Positions 14,068-14,392 of a DNA stretch of 14,392 nucleotides are shown here, in pieces. Under the pieces are notes generated by a model that ran no database searches, was not told the origin of the DNA, and worked only from the letters and a program-made list of their open reading frames with translations. Source of the stretch: Leidyana gryllorum EB-2025a. Taxonomy: Eukaryota; Protista; Apicomplexa. The translations under genes and the position numbers were made by a program. Each line of letters begins with the position of its first letter. Positions within the stretch are counted from its first letter, which is position 1. The stretch lies in the NCBI GenBank assembly GCA_048772705.1, contig JBLWGC010000084.1, positions 1 to 14,392 of the forward strand, in the 5' to 3' direction.

Positions 14068-14138
14068 GCATCTGTGGTCTATTGGTAGAATGTCTCGTTG
14101 CCATCGAGACGACCCGTTTTCAATTCCCGGCAGATGCA
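14068..14138 (+). pseudogene. tRNA-Gly(GCC), B box damaged
   Basis: CCCGTTTTCAATTCCCGG instead of CCCGGGTTCGATTCCCGG. Confidence 0.72.
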
Positions 14139-14205
14139 GAGGACATAGCACATGGCTGACTCACTAGAATTCTACGCCGTTGAACTCCAGTGCCAATTAG
14201 ACACG

Positions 14206-14285
14206 GGCGGACAGCTGTAGCACTCGCAGGGACGTATGTGACGGCGCAGCGCCGACTGGGCGTGCGTCCGAATCCCATTCTTGGT
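14206..14285 (+). pseudogene. old tRNA-Leu-derived pseudogene
   Basis: Near copy of 4262-4342. Confidence 0.5.
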
Positions 14286-14318
14286 TGCGCCCCATACGAG
14301 AAGAACATAAAGTCTGAT

Positions 14319-14390
14319 TGAGCCCAGAGTGATTCGAACACCCAACCTTCTGATCTGGAGTCAGACGCGCTACCGTTGCGCCATAGGCCC
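14319..14390 (-). tRNA. tRNA-Trp: tRNA-Trp(CCA)
   Basis: Intact; GGGCCTA/TGGGCTC-A, TCTGA CT CCA GA TCAGA. Confidence 0.95.
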
Positions 14391-14392
14391 GA

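Noticed and set aside
64-14341. All ORFs in the supplied track (60-175 aa)
   Set aside because: They are shadow frames across tRNA genes (peptides such as GIEPGS, GFEP and VRFP are translated T arms). They overlap on both strands, many start at non-ATG codons, and paralogous DNA does not keep the frame.
1-14392. CRISPR array or prokaryotic/phage tRNA island
   Set aside because: No constant repeat with unique spacers and no cas or phage genes. The tRNAs have eukaryotic signatures (iMet T-loop, A34 anticodons, Tyr intron, no CCA).
1-14392. tRNA-derived SINE family
   Set aside because: Twenty different tRNA families, no shared body or tail, no poly-A or target-site duplications. Copies move as multi-gene DNA blocks.

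Overview
This window has no credible protein-coding gene. It is a very dense eukaryotic nuclear tRNA gene and pseudogene array: about 95 tRNA-derived loci in 14.4 kb, roughly one per 150 bp, on both strands, covering all 20 amino-acid families (Asn only as decayed copies). Eukaryotic features seen directly: no encoded 3' CCA, initiator Met with A1-T72 and a GATCGAAA T-loop, A54 in tRNA-Ala, I34-type AGC/AAC/AGT/AAT/AGA/AGG/AAG/ACG anticodons, His without genomic G-1, and a 37/38 intron in tRNA-Tyr. From memory the Asp and Val bodies resemble alveolate (apicomplexan/perkinsid-like) tRNAs; this is inference only. The array is built from a few multi-gene cassettes (Leu-Asp-Val-Gln-Ser; Ile-Lys-Ser-Gly; Ala-Pro; Glu-Thr-iMet-Pro; Trp-Cys-Gly; Leu-Tyr-Ala-Pro) that have been duplicated, inverted and cut, often inside tRNA genes. 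About 40% of loci look intact or near-intact. Main points of interest: syntenic paralogs carrying different isoacceptor anticodons, a 7-nt tRNA-Tyr intron, a Gln body with an amber anticodon and a Trp body with an opal anticodon, a well-folded Ile(TAT)-like body with a CAT anticodon, two micro-inversions, and few oligo-T Pol III terminators. All calls were made by eye, and pseudogene ends are approximate.
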